A DNA stretch of 64,000 nt from Alphaproteobacteria bacterium (GCA_050175015.1 JBFXJJ010000001.1:1-64000), one strand, 5' to 3'; positions 26,501 through 37,216 are shown, counted from the first letter of the stretch. A program made the numbers and translations. Notes: a model not told the origin generated them from the sequence alone.

Positions 26501-26530
26501 ATTATTATGAGCATATGCTTATAATGTCAA
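26501..26530 (-). promoter_or_regulatory. Putative metC promoter with a palindromic operator in the spacer
   Basis: Minus strand TTGACA followed by -10-like CATAAT/AATAAT; 22-bp palindrome attatgagcatatgcttataat at 26504-26525. Confidence 0.55.
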
Positions 26531-26569
26531 CTATAAACCCTAGAAAAATAGGGGAACATTTCTTAACGA

Positions 26570-27559
26570 TTAAATTCCTAGTTTCTTTTGAACTTCCCAA
26601 ATAATCTTTAAAGCCTGAAGGGCTTCTTCTCCGCTGACTAAAGGTTTTTTGTTATTGATAACACAATCAACAAAGTGCTTAATCTCAATAGCTAAGGGCT
26701 GAGCAAAAGGCACAAAAAGCTGTTCTGTAGTAACACCAACATTAAGCTTTGCCCATTCTGGTAAATCACTAGCCAGAAACGGGGTGCGACCTTGGTAGTT
26801 AACTGAAAGTTTTTGAGTGATAAAATCAAGGTCAAAGTAGCATTCTTCGGCAGTTAATGCCAAAGTACGAATACGGTTTGTCGTTATACGGCTGGCAACA
26901 GCGTTTGCAGTAACTCCATTTTCAAATTCTATCATTGCCGTAATGTGATCTTTGCCCGCAGTTTTTCCTTTTTTGACCGATGAAGCCTCAACTGTTCTTA
27001 CTTTGCTGCCTGCAAGCGCTAAAATTATTTCCATATCGTGAATCATTAAATCCATCGCAACATCAACGTCAGTAATTCTGCCGCTAGCCGCTGACATTCT
27101 TCTAGTTTCAATCGATAATGGACTTACCCCTTTGCCAACAATTTCAAATAACTTTGTTATCGCTGGGTTAAAATGCTCAATATGACCAACCATAAGAGTA
27201 GCATTATTTTTTGCCGCAGTTTCAATCAGTTTTTCGCATTCTTTTTCGGTTGCTGCAAGCGGCTTTTCAATTAAACAGGATATCCCTTTTTCTAAAAGAG
27301 GAAGAGCGGCTTCGGCGTGATAAACCGATGTAGTTGCAACGATGGCACAATCAATTTTTGATGCCAAATCATCTTTATCTGAAAAATATTCACAGCCAAA
27401 GTCTTTAGCCGCTTTTTGTGCGGAATCATTAATAACATCATAAACTCCGACAACGTCAATATCACTGATACCTTTACAGGTAGCAATATGATTTCTTCCC
27501 ATAATTCCTGTACCGAAAACACCGAATTTCAAGGGTTTCTGCTTTTGTTGATTAATCAT
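26570..27559 (-). CDS. Gfo/Idh/MocA NAD-dependent oxidoreductase (GnnA-like)
   Basis: GTGIMG, IEKP, VGHIEHFNPA and DVAMDLMIHD motifs. Confidence 0.88.
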   Translation of the reverse strand: MINQQKQKPLKFGVFGTGIMGRNHIATCKGISDIDVVGVYDVINDSAQKAAKDFGCEYFSDKDDLASKIDCAIVATTSVYHAEAALPLLEKGISCLIEKPLAATEKECEKLIETAAKNNATLMVGHIEHFNPAITKLFEIVGKGVSPLSIETRRMSAASGRITDVDVAMDLMIHDMEIILALAGSKVRTVEASSVKKGKTAGKDHITAMIEFENGVTANAVASRITTNRIRTLALTAEECYFDLDFITQKLSVNYQGRTPFLASDLPEWAKLNVGVTTEQLFVPFAQPLAIEIKHFVDCVINNKKPLVSGEEALQALKIIWEVQKKLGI

Positions 27560-27764
27560 TTTGGAATCGTGCCTTTTCTAAATTTTTTTTAAAAATCTTA
27601 TGTTTTTTATTAAAAAAATAACTTTTTATCAATATTTATATCCTAATATTGATAGCAGTTTTTTAGCATAGTTAAAACAATATCTTGTGTGTTGCTATAA
27701 AAAATTATACTAATAAAAGTTGGGATATTAATTTAGTTTAGAATTTTTATAAAAAAAATAAAAT

Positions 27765-30068
27765 ATGAAAGCCGTATTGACTAAAAACAAACATATTTTT
27801 AAACACAAAAGAAAAGCCTTCTCTTTTGCGTTATTATTAGTCCTATTCGGCTGTGCCGTTAACGTTAAGCCTATAACATCAGATCAAAGAGCCGATCGCA
27901 CCAATTCTGATTTACAGCAAATTTTCTCTCGTCAAGAACCCATAATCGGGAAATTGTCTATCTATGAAGCGATGGCTAGAGCTATTAAATATAATCTTGA
28001 TCATAGAATAAAACTCATAGAAGAAGTTATTGCGCAAGGGGTCGTTGACGTTTCAAGTTATGATATGCTGCCCAAACTTGCGGCTTCAAGCGGTTTTAGC
28101 TTACGCTCCAATGATGCGGGCAGTTCAAGTGATTCCCTCTATACAGGAAGTCAAACATTAGAACCATCGACTTCTGAAGAAAAACACCGCAAATTATTTG
28201 ACCTTTCTATGAGCTGGAACGTTCTTGATTTTGGCGTAAGTTATGTTAATGCTCTTCAGCAAGCCGATAGAGTGTTTATTGCCAAAGAACTAAGAAGAAA
28301 GGCCATTCAGAATATTGTTCGTGATGTTAGAGCTTCTTTCTGGAAAGCTGTAGGCGCTCAAAAATTAAAACCTGAATTAGATGCCATAATTGCTGATATT
28401 GAAGCCGCTCTTAATAATACGGTTAAAGACGAAAGTGGTGATGTTGAACGTCTTAATAACCAAAAAGAACTCCTTTCAATTTTAAAAAATTTATTAGATC
28501 TCAGAAAAGAAGCCGCTTTTGCTAAGTTAGAACTTGCCTCTTTAATGAATTTAGATCCGCAGCAGGATTTTGTTCTTGATGAAACATCAAAGCCTGAATT
28601 TGATGACGAAGATCTTGATATTAATGTTCCGATTCGAAATATGGAACAGCAAGCCTTGATGAACCGCCCCGAACTTAGGGCAAAAGATTATGAAGAGCGG
28701 ATTAGCGCTGCTGAAGTTAGAAAAGAACTTTTGCGCTACCTCCCTGGTATTGAAGTTTCATCTTCACTGCATCACGACAGCAATGAATATCTTTACAACA
28801 AAACTTGGGCAGAAACTGGCATAAAAGTAACTTGGAATCTTCTCAATTTTTTCAGTGGCGATAAAAGAATAGCCAATGCTGAAAACAAGTTAGAATTAAC
28901 TAAACTTAAAAGATTAGCTTTAAATGTTGCAATTTTAACGCAGGTTCACGTAGCATATAAACGTTTAGGACAAGCCAAAGAAGAATATCAAGTTGCCAAA
29001 GCCTTGAATAATGTTAATGAAAAAATATATTCCCATTCTATTGATGATAACAACTCTTTTGCGTTATCACATATTGACGTTATAAAAAAAGCTGCCGATA
29101 TGCTGATATCTGGTTTAAAACAAGACTTTGCTTTTGCTGAACTGCAAGATGCCGAAGGAAGCCTTCATTTAACTCTTGGGGTTGACCCCGTCCCTCAAAT
29201 TATGGTCAATTCTCAAGTCGCATCTATTGCTGAAACCATTGAAAATCAAAGAAATGACTTTGATGAAAATAAATATTCATATAATCGTTTTGGAGACAGC
29301 CGCTATCCTAGCCGCTGGCTAGCCGAAGAAAGCCGTGATGATGATGACAGCGAAGAACCTGACAACAACTATGCCAACAGTTATCAACCGCCGCAAGTCC
29401 CCGAAGAAATCGGCCGCTGGGCTGTAGGAAACTGGCTTGATGATGTTGTTAATGAACTTGCAGAAAAACGCTCGAGAGAGTTTGATTCATCTTTAAATCA
29501 AAAGAAAACAAAGCCAATTGTTCCCCAAGAAACTTTAAAATTTTTTACCAAACAGCGTGACGCTAAGCAACAAAAGGGGTTTGACTTCAAATTTAATGAA
29601 AAGCCTAAAAATACTGGCAGATACCAAAGTCTAAATGAAGATGACCTACTTATACCTAACAGTAATTCAAACTCTGGTTCATCTTATGATAATTATCTGG
29701 AATCTAAAATTAGTTCATCAGAAAGAGAACGTTCTATTTCCCAAGAAAACCCTAAGGTTATAATTCCTCAGACAACTAAAGCTTTGCCTATTGAAGCAAA
29801 AACATCTTCAAATAACAGCCTTTCCATTAAAAGCAATGGAAGCAAATTGCAGCTTGGAGCTTATGGCAGTTTAGAGGTTGCTAAAAAAGAATGGCTGAAC
29901 TTAAAATCAAAATTTTCAGAACTTAATAAATACGAACCTAGTTTTGAAAATATAAATATTACCGGCAAGGGCATACTCTACCGTATGCTGGTTTCTGATA
30001 GTCCTGACAACATCAAATCTTTACATAACAACCTAAAAAATAAAGGGCAAGACAGCATAATACGCTGA
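27765..30068 (+). CDS. TolC-family outer membrane lipoprotein with C-terminal SPOR domain
   Basis: Lipobox LFGC; AMARAIKYNLD, SWNVLDFG and ALMNRPEL OEP motifs; C-terminal LQLGAY...GILYRM SPOR-like domain after a low-complexity linker. Confidence 0.82.
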   Translation: MKAVLTKNKHIFKHKRKAFSFALLLVLFGCAVNVKPITSDQRADRTNSDLQQIFSRQEPIIGKLSIYEAMARAIKYNLDHRIKLIEEVIAQGVVDVSSYDMLPKLAASSGFSLRSNDAGSSSDSLYTGSQTLEPSTSEEKHRKLFDLSMSWNVLDFGVSYVNALQQADRVFIAKELRRKAIQNIVRDVRASFWKAVGAQKLKPELDAIIADIEAALNNTVKDESGDVERLNNQKELLSILKNLLDLRKEAAFAKLELASLMNLDPQQDFVLDETSKPEFDDEDLDINVPIRNMEQQALMNRPELRAKDYEERISAAEVRKELLRYLPGIEVSSSLHHDSNEYLYNKTWAETGIKVTWNLLNFFSGDKRIANAENKLELTKLKRLALNVAILTQVHVAYKRLGQAKEEYQVAKALNNVNEKIYSHSIDDNNSFALSHIDVIKKAADMLISGLKQDFAFAELQDAEGSLHLTLGVDPVPQIMVNSQVASIAETIENQRNDFDENKYSYNRFGDSRYPSRWLAEESRDDDDSEEPDNNYANSYQPPQVPEEIGRWAVGNWLDDVVNELAEKRSREFDSSLNQKKTKPIVPQETLKFFTKQRDAKQQKGFDFKFNEKPKNTGRYQSLNEDDLLIPNSNSNSGSSYDNYLESKISSSERERSISQENPKVIIPQTTKALPIEAKTSSNNSLSIKSNGSKLQLGAYGSLEVAKKEWLNLKSKFSELNKYEPSFENINITGKGILYRMLVSDSPDNIKSLHNNLKNKGQDSIIR

Positions 30069-30249
30069 TTGTCATAGATAATTTATTCTTATTTTATGTT
30101 CTAAATATTCATATTCTGTTTTTTAACAACGTTAAATAAATTTTAATATTTATTAATGTCATCATTAAAATTTTATTGTTAATTCAAATATTTTCCCATA
30201 AAATAAATTTAAAATTGTTTTGATAAATACTCAGGGTATAAAATTAATT

Positions 30250-30855
30250 ATGGAAGCTCAAACCTGGACGCCCGTTGATAAAAAAAATGCTCGTCTCATT
30301 ATTGAAAAAATCAACGCTCTTCACGATATAACATTGTTTGATTCAGAAAGCACAAGACTTCAAGAAACCAAACTTTCTTTTTATGATGATTATATCCTTT
30401 TAAAAGCTACTGAACTTGCTGCTATTCCACCTCTTAATATGCGCTTTTTATTCCGAAGCGGTGAAATTGTAAAATTAGATGGAACTATTGATGCTTTTAA
30501 TACCGTTAACCGTAAAGCTAAAATCAATTTAAACCAAGACAATGTTTATGCCTATGCTAAATTCTTCTTGGGATCGCTAGTATCTCAAGATGGCGCTTTC
30601 CGTATTGTAGAAAGCATTGATGACGTTGAATTTTCTTTGGATCCTACAGATGAAGAGTTAGAGAAAATAACAAGCGCTATAAACTCTCCCATTATCAAAG
30701 AAGATGATAATGGTTTTAACATTGAAACCAATATGATTTATTCCGATTGCGTTTACAAAGTTAATATTTTTGTTAATAAAAATGGTGATTTAGATATTCT
30801 CAACGAAGAAGTCTTGTTATCTGAAATGCCAGTTAGAGCTATAATGCTTAGATAA
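30250..30855 (+). CDS. Hypothetical protein
   Basis: ORF 30220-30855; the ATG at 30250 is the more plausible start; no motif recognised. Confidence 0.7.
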   Translation: MEAQTWTPVDKKNARLIIEKINALHDITLFDSESTRLQETKLSFYDDYILLKATELAAIPPLNMRFLFRSGEIVKLDGTIDAFNTVNRKAKINLNQDNVYAYAKFFLGSLVSQDGAFRIVESIDDVEFSLDPTDEELEKITSAINSPIIKEDDNGFNIETNMIYSDCVYKVNIFVNKNGDLDILNEEVLLSEMPVRAIMLR

Positions 30856-30870
30856 AATTTGGAGCTTTTT

Positions 30871-31842
30871 ATGAAAAAAATAACCCTACTATTTTTGCTT
30901 TTAACTCCTTTATGGTTTGTTAGCGGTTGTAAAGAAGAGAAACCTAAGGAAGTCCCTGTTGTTTTAAGCGCTGAACAAATAAAATTTAATGCTACTTTAG
31001 AGAAAGCAAATGGCGGTGATGTTGCTGCTATGGTTGAGCTTTCAGATTTATACACTAAAGGTTCAGGAACAAAAGCCGATGGAGCGGCAAGTCTTGAATG
31101 GCTTACCAAAGCTGGTGAAGCTGGCGATCCTGCCACAATGTATAAGTTATTTGATATGTACTTTAATGGTACTGGCGGCGTAGAAAAAAACATTGAAACT
31201 TCTTTCGTTTGGTTAGAAAAAGCAACAAATGCGGGTTCAATCGATGCTCAATACAAGCTGGCGACGCTCTACGATAACGGCGATATAATTGCTCAAGACA
31301 AACAAAAAGCCTTAGAATTCTATGAAATTGCTGCTAATGCTGGCAAACCTGACGCAATGTCTGCTATTGGTGATATTTATGCTCAAGGAACTGAAAGCAT
31401 AGCTCCTGATATTGCTACTGCCGCAGCTTGGTGGGAAAAAGCTGGTGAACTTGGCAATGAAAGTGCGATGGTAAATCTTGGCTATTTATATAACGCAGGC
31501 CAAGACAGCATTGAAAAAGATGAAACAAAATCTTTATATTGGTATGAAAAAGCTGCCGATTTAGGAAATGCTGAAGCTCAGTATTTTACAGCGCTTTTAT
31601 ACCTTAATGGCGGTCAAACTTTCCAGCCAGACCCAGTAAAAGCCTACAAACTTCTTATCCTTGCTGATAAGGGTGGCAATAGAAATGCTAAAAATGTTTT
31701 GCCTATGATTGAAAACCAAATTTCTGCCGAAGACAAAGCTAGAATTTTAGAAGAAACAACCGACAAGAAAGAAGAAGAACCTGCTCCTTCAGCAAGGACT
31801 AGAGCTCCAGCCAAAAAGGCAGCAAAGAAAAAATTTAATTAG
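30871..31842 (+). CDS. Sel1-like repeat lipoprotein
   Basis: GGAG SD, lipobox VSGC, several A..LG.LY..G......D...A..W..KAA..G repeats. Confidence 0.9.
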   Translation: MKKITLLFLLLTPLWFVSGCKEEKPKEVPVVLSAEQIKFNATLEKANGGDVAAMVELSDLYTKGSGTKADGAASLEWLTKAGEAGDPATMYKLFDMYFNGTGGVEKNIETSFVWLEKATNAGSIDAQYKLATLYDNGDIIAQDKQKALEFYEIAANAGKPDAMSAIGDIYAQGTESIAPDIATAAAWWEKAGELGNESAMVNLGYLYNAGQDSIEKDETKSLYWYEKAADLGNAEAQYFTALLYLNGGQTFQPDPVKAYKLLILADKGGNRNAKNVLPMIENQISAEDKARILEETTDKKEEEPAPSARTRAPAKKAAKKKFN

Positions 31843-31953
31843 CCTACAAAAAAAGCTATAATTAAAACAGGTTAAAATTATTATATTAAAAAATATGGTG
31901 ATTTGTTTTTTAAACCCTTTTTAAGAAAAAATGCTTTAATTAGGCAAAAACCC

Positions 31954-31982
31954 AAAAAAGCCAGAAAAAATCTGGCTTTTTT
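31954..31982. terminator. Bidirectional-type intrinsic terminator
   Basis: aaaaaagccaga-aaaaa-tctggctttttt. Confidence 0.75.
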
Positions 31983-32064
31983 ATTTTTATAGAGCTTGCC
32001 CCTTGATAGTAAAAACAAACAAAACCTATATAAATTTTATAACTAACATTAGGGGGGCATAACT

Positions 32065-32547
32065 GTGCCGACAACAGCAGTAAGTTTATCAGACCTGCGA
32101 GATATTCATCTGCCAGAGGAAATAAGCATTTTTCCCTTAGCATACGGCTGGTGGCTGGTTTTAGGGATTGTTATCCTTTTAATTCTCTCCCCTTGGTTTA
32201 TCAAAAGTTTCAATAAAATCTATGCCCTAACCCTTAGAAAAAAAGCTTTGAGAGAACTCTTGGAACTTGAAAAAAGGTATAACCAAAATAATGATTTTCA
32301 AGCTTTAGCCTCTGCGGTATCAAGGTTAATAAAAAGAATTGCTCTGCTCAATTATGATAAAGAATATATTGCCAAGTTATATGATAAATCTTGGGCGGAT
32401 TTTTTAGTAAAAACAGGCTTTAATAATCCTGATTTAGCACAAACCATAAGCTGTGCAGCGTATCTTAATAAAGACAATTTTAGTTGTAAAACTAATAATA
32501 TTGTTTTGCTGGAACTAACTAAGAAATGGATAAGGCAGAACACATGA
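32065..32547 (+). CDS. DUF4381 family protein (Bat/MoxR operon associated)
   Basis: LRDIHLPEEISIFPLAYGWW N-terminal motif plus TM; W..FL motif. Confidence 0.85.
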   Translation: MPTTAVSLSDLRDIHLPEEISIFPLAYGWWLVLGIVILLILSPWFIKSFNKIYALTLRKKALRELLELEKRYNQNNDFQALASAVSRLIKRIALLNYDKEYIAKLYDKSWADFLVKTGFNNPDLAQTISCAAYLNKDNFSCKTNNIVLLELTKKWIRQNT

Positions 32548-33554
32548 TAGATTTAGCAAATCCTCTTATTCTCATAGTGCTTCCGCTGCCATTTATTATA
32601 AGGTTTTTTTCAAAATATCCTAACAATATCAATGGGGAACCATTAATTACACCGTTTTTTGACGACGTTAAAAAAATTACGCCGTCTCTTCGCCTATCAT
32701 TTTTAAATACACGTAAAATTATCCGCTTCTTAGCTTTTATTGCTTGGATATTTCTAGTTATCGCAGCAGCACGCCCCCGCTGGGTTGGGGAACCAGTTCC
32801 CGTTGAGATTAAACGCCGTGAATTATTACTGGCTATAGACGTGTCTGGAAGTATGCGGATTGCCGACTTCACTTTTAATCGCACTCCTGTAAGCCGAATG
32901 ACTGCGGTTAGAGAAATTGCATCTGATTTTATCAAAAAACGCTGCGGGGATAAACTCGGTCTTATCTTTTTTGGAACCAAGGCTTATCTTCGCTCTCCTC
33001 CGAGCTTTGATTGCCAAACCGTATATGATTTTATGAAAGATGCCGAAATCGGCGTAGCTGGAACTAATACCGCCATTGGAGATGCCGTCGCTATGGCGGT
33101 TAAATACACGAAAGACAATGAAAATAATAAAGTTTTGATTCTGCTAACAGACGGCGCCAACAACTCTGGTTATGCCACACCTGATGAAGCTTTAAATCTT
33201 GCCATAAGTGAAGGGCTTAAAATTTATACCATCGGTATCGGTTCAAAGCAGGAATGGCAGGAAAACTTATTTGGATTTCAATTTAGAGATAACACCAATG
33301 ATATTGATATCGACTTTCTAACCAACTTAGCTAAAAAAACTGGCGGCAAATTTTATCTTGCTCAAAACTTAAATGAACTAAGCCGCATTTATAATGAAAT
33401 TGATAAACTAGAGCCTATCTCTAACAGCAAAAACACTATTAAACCTATTAAAGAACTTTTCTATTTGCCTTTGGCTGTAACTCTTACCTTGAGTTTCATT
33501 ATCCTTGCCTTTCTTTGCTCTCAATCTTTTTCTAAAACTGGGAGGAAAGACTAG
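32544..33554 (+). CDS. batA: BatA-like vWA domain protein
   Basis: AAARP, MIDAS DVSGSM, TAIGDA, LLTDGANNSG; ATGA overlap with the upstream gene. Confidence 0.85.
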   Translation: MIDLANPLILIVLPLPFIIRFFSKYPNNINGEPLITPFFDDVKKITPSLRLSFLNTRKIIRFLAFIAWIFLVIAAARPRWVGEPVPVEIKRRELLLAIDVSGSMRIADFTFNRTPVSRMTAVREIASDFIKKRCGDKLGLIFFGTKAYLRSPPSFDCQTVYDFMKDAEIGVAGTNTAIGDAVAMAVKYTKDNENNKVLILLTDGANNSGYATPDEALNLAISEGLKIYTIGIGSKQEWQENLFGFQFRDNTNDIDIDFLTNLAKKTGGKFYLAQNLNELSRIYNEIDKLEPISNSKNTIKPIKELFYLPLAVTLTLSFIILAFLCSQSFSKTGRKD

Positions 33555-35405
33555 ATGCTTGAAAATCTGCATTTTATCAGACCACAATGGCTTTGGTTGT
33601 TATTGGTTAATATCCTTCCCTTATTATTATGGCTAAAAAGCAAGCAGGGATTTTCTCCTTGGCGTAGAATCTGCCACAATCACCTTTTAAAATACATTTT
33701 AGGCGAAGGTTCCAATATTTCATTTGCGCCGTTCTTTTTATTCTTTATAACGTGGAGCTTAGCTGTCTTTGCGGGATCTAGTCCCAGCACAGAAAAATAT
33801 CCTATGCCGACGTATCGTGTAACGACCCCGATTGTTATTTTGCTTGATGCGTCTTTAGATATGAATGTTAAAGATTTAGCTCCTAGTAGGTTTGACCGTG
33901 CTAAATTTAAAATTATGGACTTCATCAAAACGATTCAAGGTGAAAAAGTTGCTTTGACCGTTTTCTCTGACTATCCATATACGATTGTTCCTTTTAGTGA
34001 TGATAAAACTGTTTTAGAAAATGCCCTAAAAACTTTGAGTCTTTCTATTATGCCGTCTTATGGTCATAACCTGACTAAAGCCCTAGTTGAGGCTGAAAAT
34101 ATGCTCAAAGCAATCAATGAAAAAGGAAACATCATTATTTTTACAGCAAGTGCGGGTTCTAATATTAGCGAGACCATAGACGAAGCAAGAAAAATCGCTT
34201 CTCAAAAGCATCAGATATCTATTGTCGGCGTTGGAACTTCAAAAGGTGATATTCTTTACAATCAATCGGGCGGATTTGCTAAAGACAACCAAGGCAAACC
34301 CTTATTCAGTAAACTTGACAGCCGTGGTTTGGATATTATTGCAACCGCTGGCGGCGGAACTTACAGTGAAATATCTCTTAATGATAGCGACTTGAAAAAA
34401 ATATATACCCCTAAAAACATCGATAGCTTTAATATTAGTTATAAAAAAACTGAAATTAAAGCTGATGAATGGCAGGATTTAGGAGCAAAGTTTTTAATTA
34501 TCGTGCTTATCCTTGCAAGTTTTGCCTTTCGCAAAGGCTGGCTCGGCTGTATTGCCCTCTTTATAATAATGACGCCGATAGAAGCAAAGGCTTTTTCCTT
34601 ATCTGACTGGTTTTTAAACGACAATCAAAAAGCCAAGATTATGCTGGAAGACAATAACTTTGAAGAAGCCGCTAAACTTTTTAAAGATAAAAATTGGCAG
34701 GCGGTTTCTAAATATCGGGCAGGCGATTATAAAGGTGCCCAAGAAATATGGCAAAAGCAAAAAGATGAGACCAATCTTTATAATCAAGGCAATGCTTCTG
34801 CTTTAGCTGGTGATTACCAGAAAGCTATTGATTACTATAATCAGGTTTTAGCCCTAAATAAAAATCATAAAGATGCAGAATTTAACAAAAATTTGGTAGA
34901 AAAACTGCTTCAAAAACAACAGTCATCTTCTGATAATCAAAATAAAGACGACAACAAACAAAACCAGCCGCAAAATAACCAGAGTGCGGACAATAAACAA
35001 CAGCAAAACCAAAACAATAATCAACAGCAACAAGAAAATCAGGACAAGAAGCAAGAACAAAACCAAAAGCAATTAGAGAAAAACAACCAATCTCAAAAAA
35101 ATGAAAACCAGCCGCAAAATGCTTCGGAACAATCCAAGCAGCAACCATCACCGCAGCAAGAAGAAGCACAAAAAAAGCAAGAACAGCAAGAAGCTCGCAA
35201 GGCTCTAGCTGAACAAAAAATAAACAAAGATAAAAATCAAGAAGAACCCCAAAACAGTTCTGAAAACACCCCAATACCCAAAAAACTTAATGAGAAAGAG
35301 CAAGCTGCCAAACAGCTTATGGATCGCATTGAAGACGATCCTGGTGAACTTTTAAAAAACATCTTATCTTTACGTTACCAAGCTTTGGAGAGTAAACGAA
35401 AATGA
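33555..35405 (+). CDS. BatB/BatC-like vWA + TPR protein with Gln/Asn-rich linker
   Basis: HFIRPQWLW, degenerate MIDAS DASLDM, DLAPSR, TPR YNQGNA...A.FN, IEDDPG. Confidence 0.87.
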   Translation: MLENLHFIRPQWLWLLLVNILPLLLWLKSKQGFSPWRRICHNHLLKYILGEGSNISFAPFFLFFITWSLAVFAGSSPSTEKYPMPTYRVTTPIVILLDASLDMNVKDLAPSRFDRAKFKIMDFIKTIQGEKVALTVFSDYPYTIVPFSDDKTVLENALKTLSLSIMPSYGHNLTKALVEAENMLKAINEKGNIIIFTASAGSNISETIDEARKIASQKHQISIVGVGTSKGDILYNQSGGFAKDNQGKPLFSKLDSRGLDIIATAGGGTYSEISLNDSDLKKIYTPKNIDSFNISYKKTEIKADEWQDLGAKFLIIVLILASFAFRKGWLGCIALFIIMTPIEAKAFSLSDWFLNDNQKAKIMLEDNNFEEAAKLFKDKNWQAVSKYRAGDYKGAQEIWQKQKDETNLYNQGNASALAGDYQKAIDYYNQVLALNKNHKDAEFNKNLVEKLLQKQQSSSDNQNKDDNKQNQPQNNQSADNKQQQNQNNNQQQQENQDKKQEQNQKQLEKNNQSQKNENQPQNASEQSKQQPSPQQEEAQKKQEQQEARKALAEQKINKDKNQEEPQNSSENTPIPKKLNEKEQAAKQLMDRIEDDPGELLKNILSLRYQALESKRK

Positions 35406-37216
35406 AAACTTTTTTAAAAATATTTTTATGCATTATTTTCTATACTAACAGCGTTTGTGCTTTAGAAGTCTACACGGACAGAAACGCCTTAAATCTTGGC
35501 GAGACTTTAAATTTGACGATTAAAGCTGACAGCTCTGATGACAGACCTAATCTTTCTGTTCTACAAGAAGACTTTAAAGTCGTTGGCACAAGCTCTTCAT
35601 CTCAAACCAACATAATTAATGGCAAAATAAGCTCTTCTAAATCTTGGGAAATAGCCTTGTCTCCTAAAAGAGAAGGCTCGCTCACAATTCCGTCATTTAA
35701 AGTCGGCAGCAAAACATCTCAACCTATAACTATTCAAGTTTATGATAATGCGGTACCCGCTAATAACACCAAAAATGACGCTTTTTTTATGACTGCCGAA
35801 GTCGATAATAATGAACCCTTTGTTCAGCAGCAAATTATCTACACGTTTAAAATCTATGATGGAATCGGACTTAGCAAAATCTCTCCTGAAGAACCTGTGG
35901 GAGATAATCTACAGTTTATCAAGCTTGGTGATTACGATAAAACTTCTGAGTACATACACAATAGAAGATATGATGTTTACAGCTTTAAATATGCCGTTTT
36001 TCCTCAAAAAAGTGGCGAACTAAAAATATCGCCTATTGGTGCCGATGTTATTACTGGTGAAAATCTTGGCTCCAGCTTATTTGATTTTTTCAATAATGGC
36101 TTTAACAACAAAGCTATGCAGGTTCCTGACATTTTTGCAATGACCAAAAGCACTAGAGTTGCGGCAGGAAGCGTCAAGCTTCAAGTCAAAAGTAAACCCA
36201 GCAACATTGACAGTTTTTGGCGTCCCGCCAAAAAAATTAACTTGCGAGATGCGTGGAAACCAAACCCGCCTGTTTTCAAAGTGGGAGAGCCTATTTCTCG
36301 AGTAATTGCGATTGAAGGTAAAGCTGTTCTTCCTGAACAATTACCAGATATTACCGCGGAACAAACCGATGGCATCAAGATTTATCAAGATAAAGCAAGC
36401 AATGAAACCTTTACTGACGGTGATGATGCCGCAGCATTAAAGCAGCAAACCTTAGTTTATATTCCAGAAAAAGCAGGGCAAGCCTCTCTTCCTGAAATCT
36501 CGGTTTTATGGTGGGATACCATAAATAACGAACTTAAAAAATCCTCTCTGCCCGCTATGAGGATTCAAGTTATGCCCGCATCTGACAGCCAAGATGGCTC
36601 ACAACAACTTAAGCAAATTACCCCTGATGAAAATCAAGAAGAAAATCATCAAGAAAAAGATGAACAAGACAACAAGGAAAATCAGCTTAACACCAACCAG
36701 CAAGAACCATCAGCAAGCGCAACAGAAAATATGCCATCAGAAAACAGTAGCGTTAATTCCAATCAAGTATTTTATTCACCATATTTTATAGCCGCTGCAA
36801 TAATTGGGGGAATTTTATTTGGATTTCTTGCCGCTTTTCTGATTTTTAATAAAAAGACTTTGGCCATTTCTGAAAAAAGCAATCAAGAAAAAAGCGCGAA
36901 TAAAAACTCAGAAATTCTGTCCGCATTTAATAAATCTTGCCAAGACAACAATCCCAAGCAGACCAGAGACTTATTATTAGAATGGGGTAAAGCTAAGTGG
37001 CCCGAAAATCCACCCTTTAATGTTGAAACCATAGCGCAAATGCTAAATGATGATGCTCTCTTAGATGAAGTAAAGCAACTAGAGCGTGCGCTTTATATCG
37101 GAGGGGACTTTGACGGCTCCTCTTTATATAAAACCTTCAATAATGCTATTAAAAACTATCAAAAAAACAAAAATAGCCAAGAAGAAGCCGCACCAATACC
37201 TGACCTTTATCCTTAA
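35402..37216 (+). CDS. batD: BatD family protein
   Basis: Signal peptide, SSSQTNIING, WWDT, TM segment and C-terminal LYP; fourth gene of the Bat cluster. Confidence 0.85.
   Translation: MKTFLKIFLCIIFYTNSVCALEVYTDRNALNLGETLNLTIKADSSDDRPNLSVLQEDFKVVGTSSSSQTNIINGKISSSKSWEIALSPKREGSLTIPSFKVGSKTSQPITIQVYDNAVPANNTKNDAFFMTAEVDNNEPFVQQQIIYTFKIYDGIGLSKISPEEPVGDNLQFIKLGDYDKTSEYIHNRRYDVYSFKYAVFPQKSGELKISPIGADVITGENLGSSLFDFFNNGFNNKAMQVPDIFAMTKSTRVAAGSVKLQVKSKPSNIDSFWRPAKKINLRDAWKPNPPVFKVGEPISRVIAIEGKAVLPEQLPDITAEQTDGIKIYQDKASNETFTDGDDAAALKQQTLVYIPEKAGQASLPEISVLWWDTINNELKKSSLPAMRIQVMPASDSQDGSQQLKQITPDENQEENHQEKDEQDNKENQLNTNQQEPSASATENMPSENSSVNSNQVFYSPYFIAAAIIGGILFGFLAAFLIFNKKTLAISEKSNQEKSANKNSEILSAFNKSCQDNNPKQTRDLLLEWGKAKWPENPPFNVETIAQMLNDDALLDEVKQLERALYIGGDFDGSSLYKTFNNAIKNYQKNKNSQEEAAPIPDLYP

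Noticed and set aside
34915-35270. Gln/Asn-rich tract as a novel feature
   Set aside because: Such linkers are usual in BatB/BatC-type TPR proteins.
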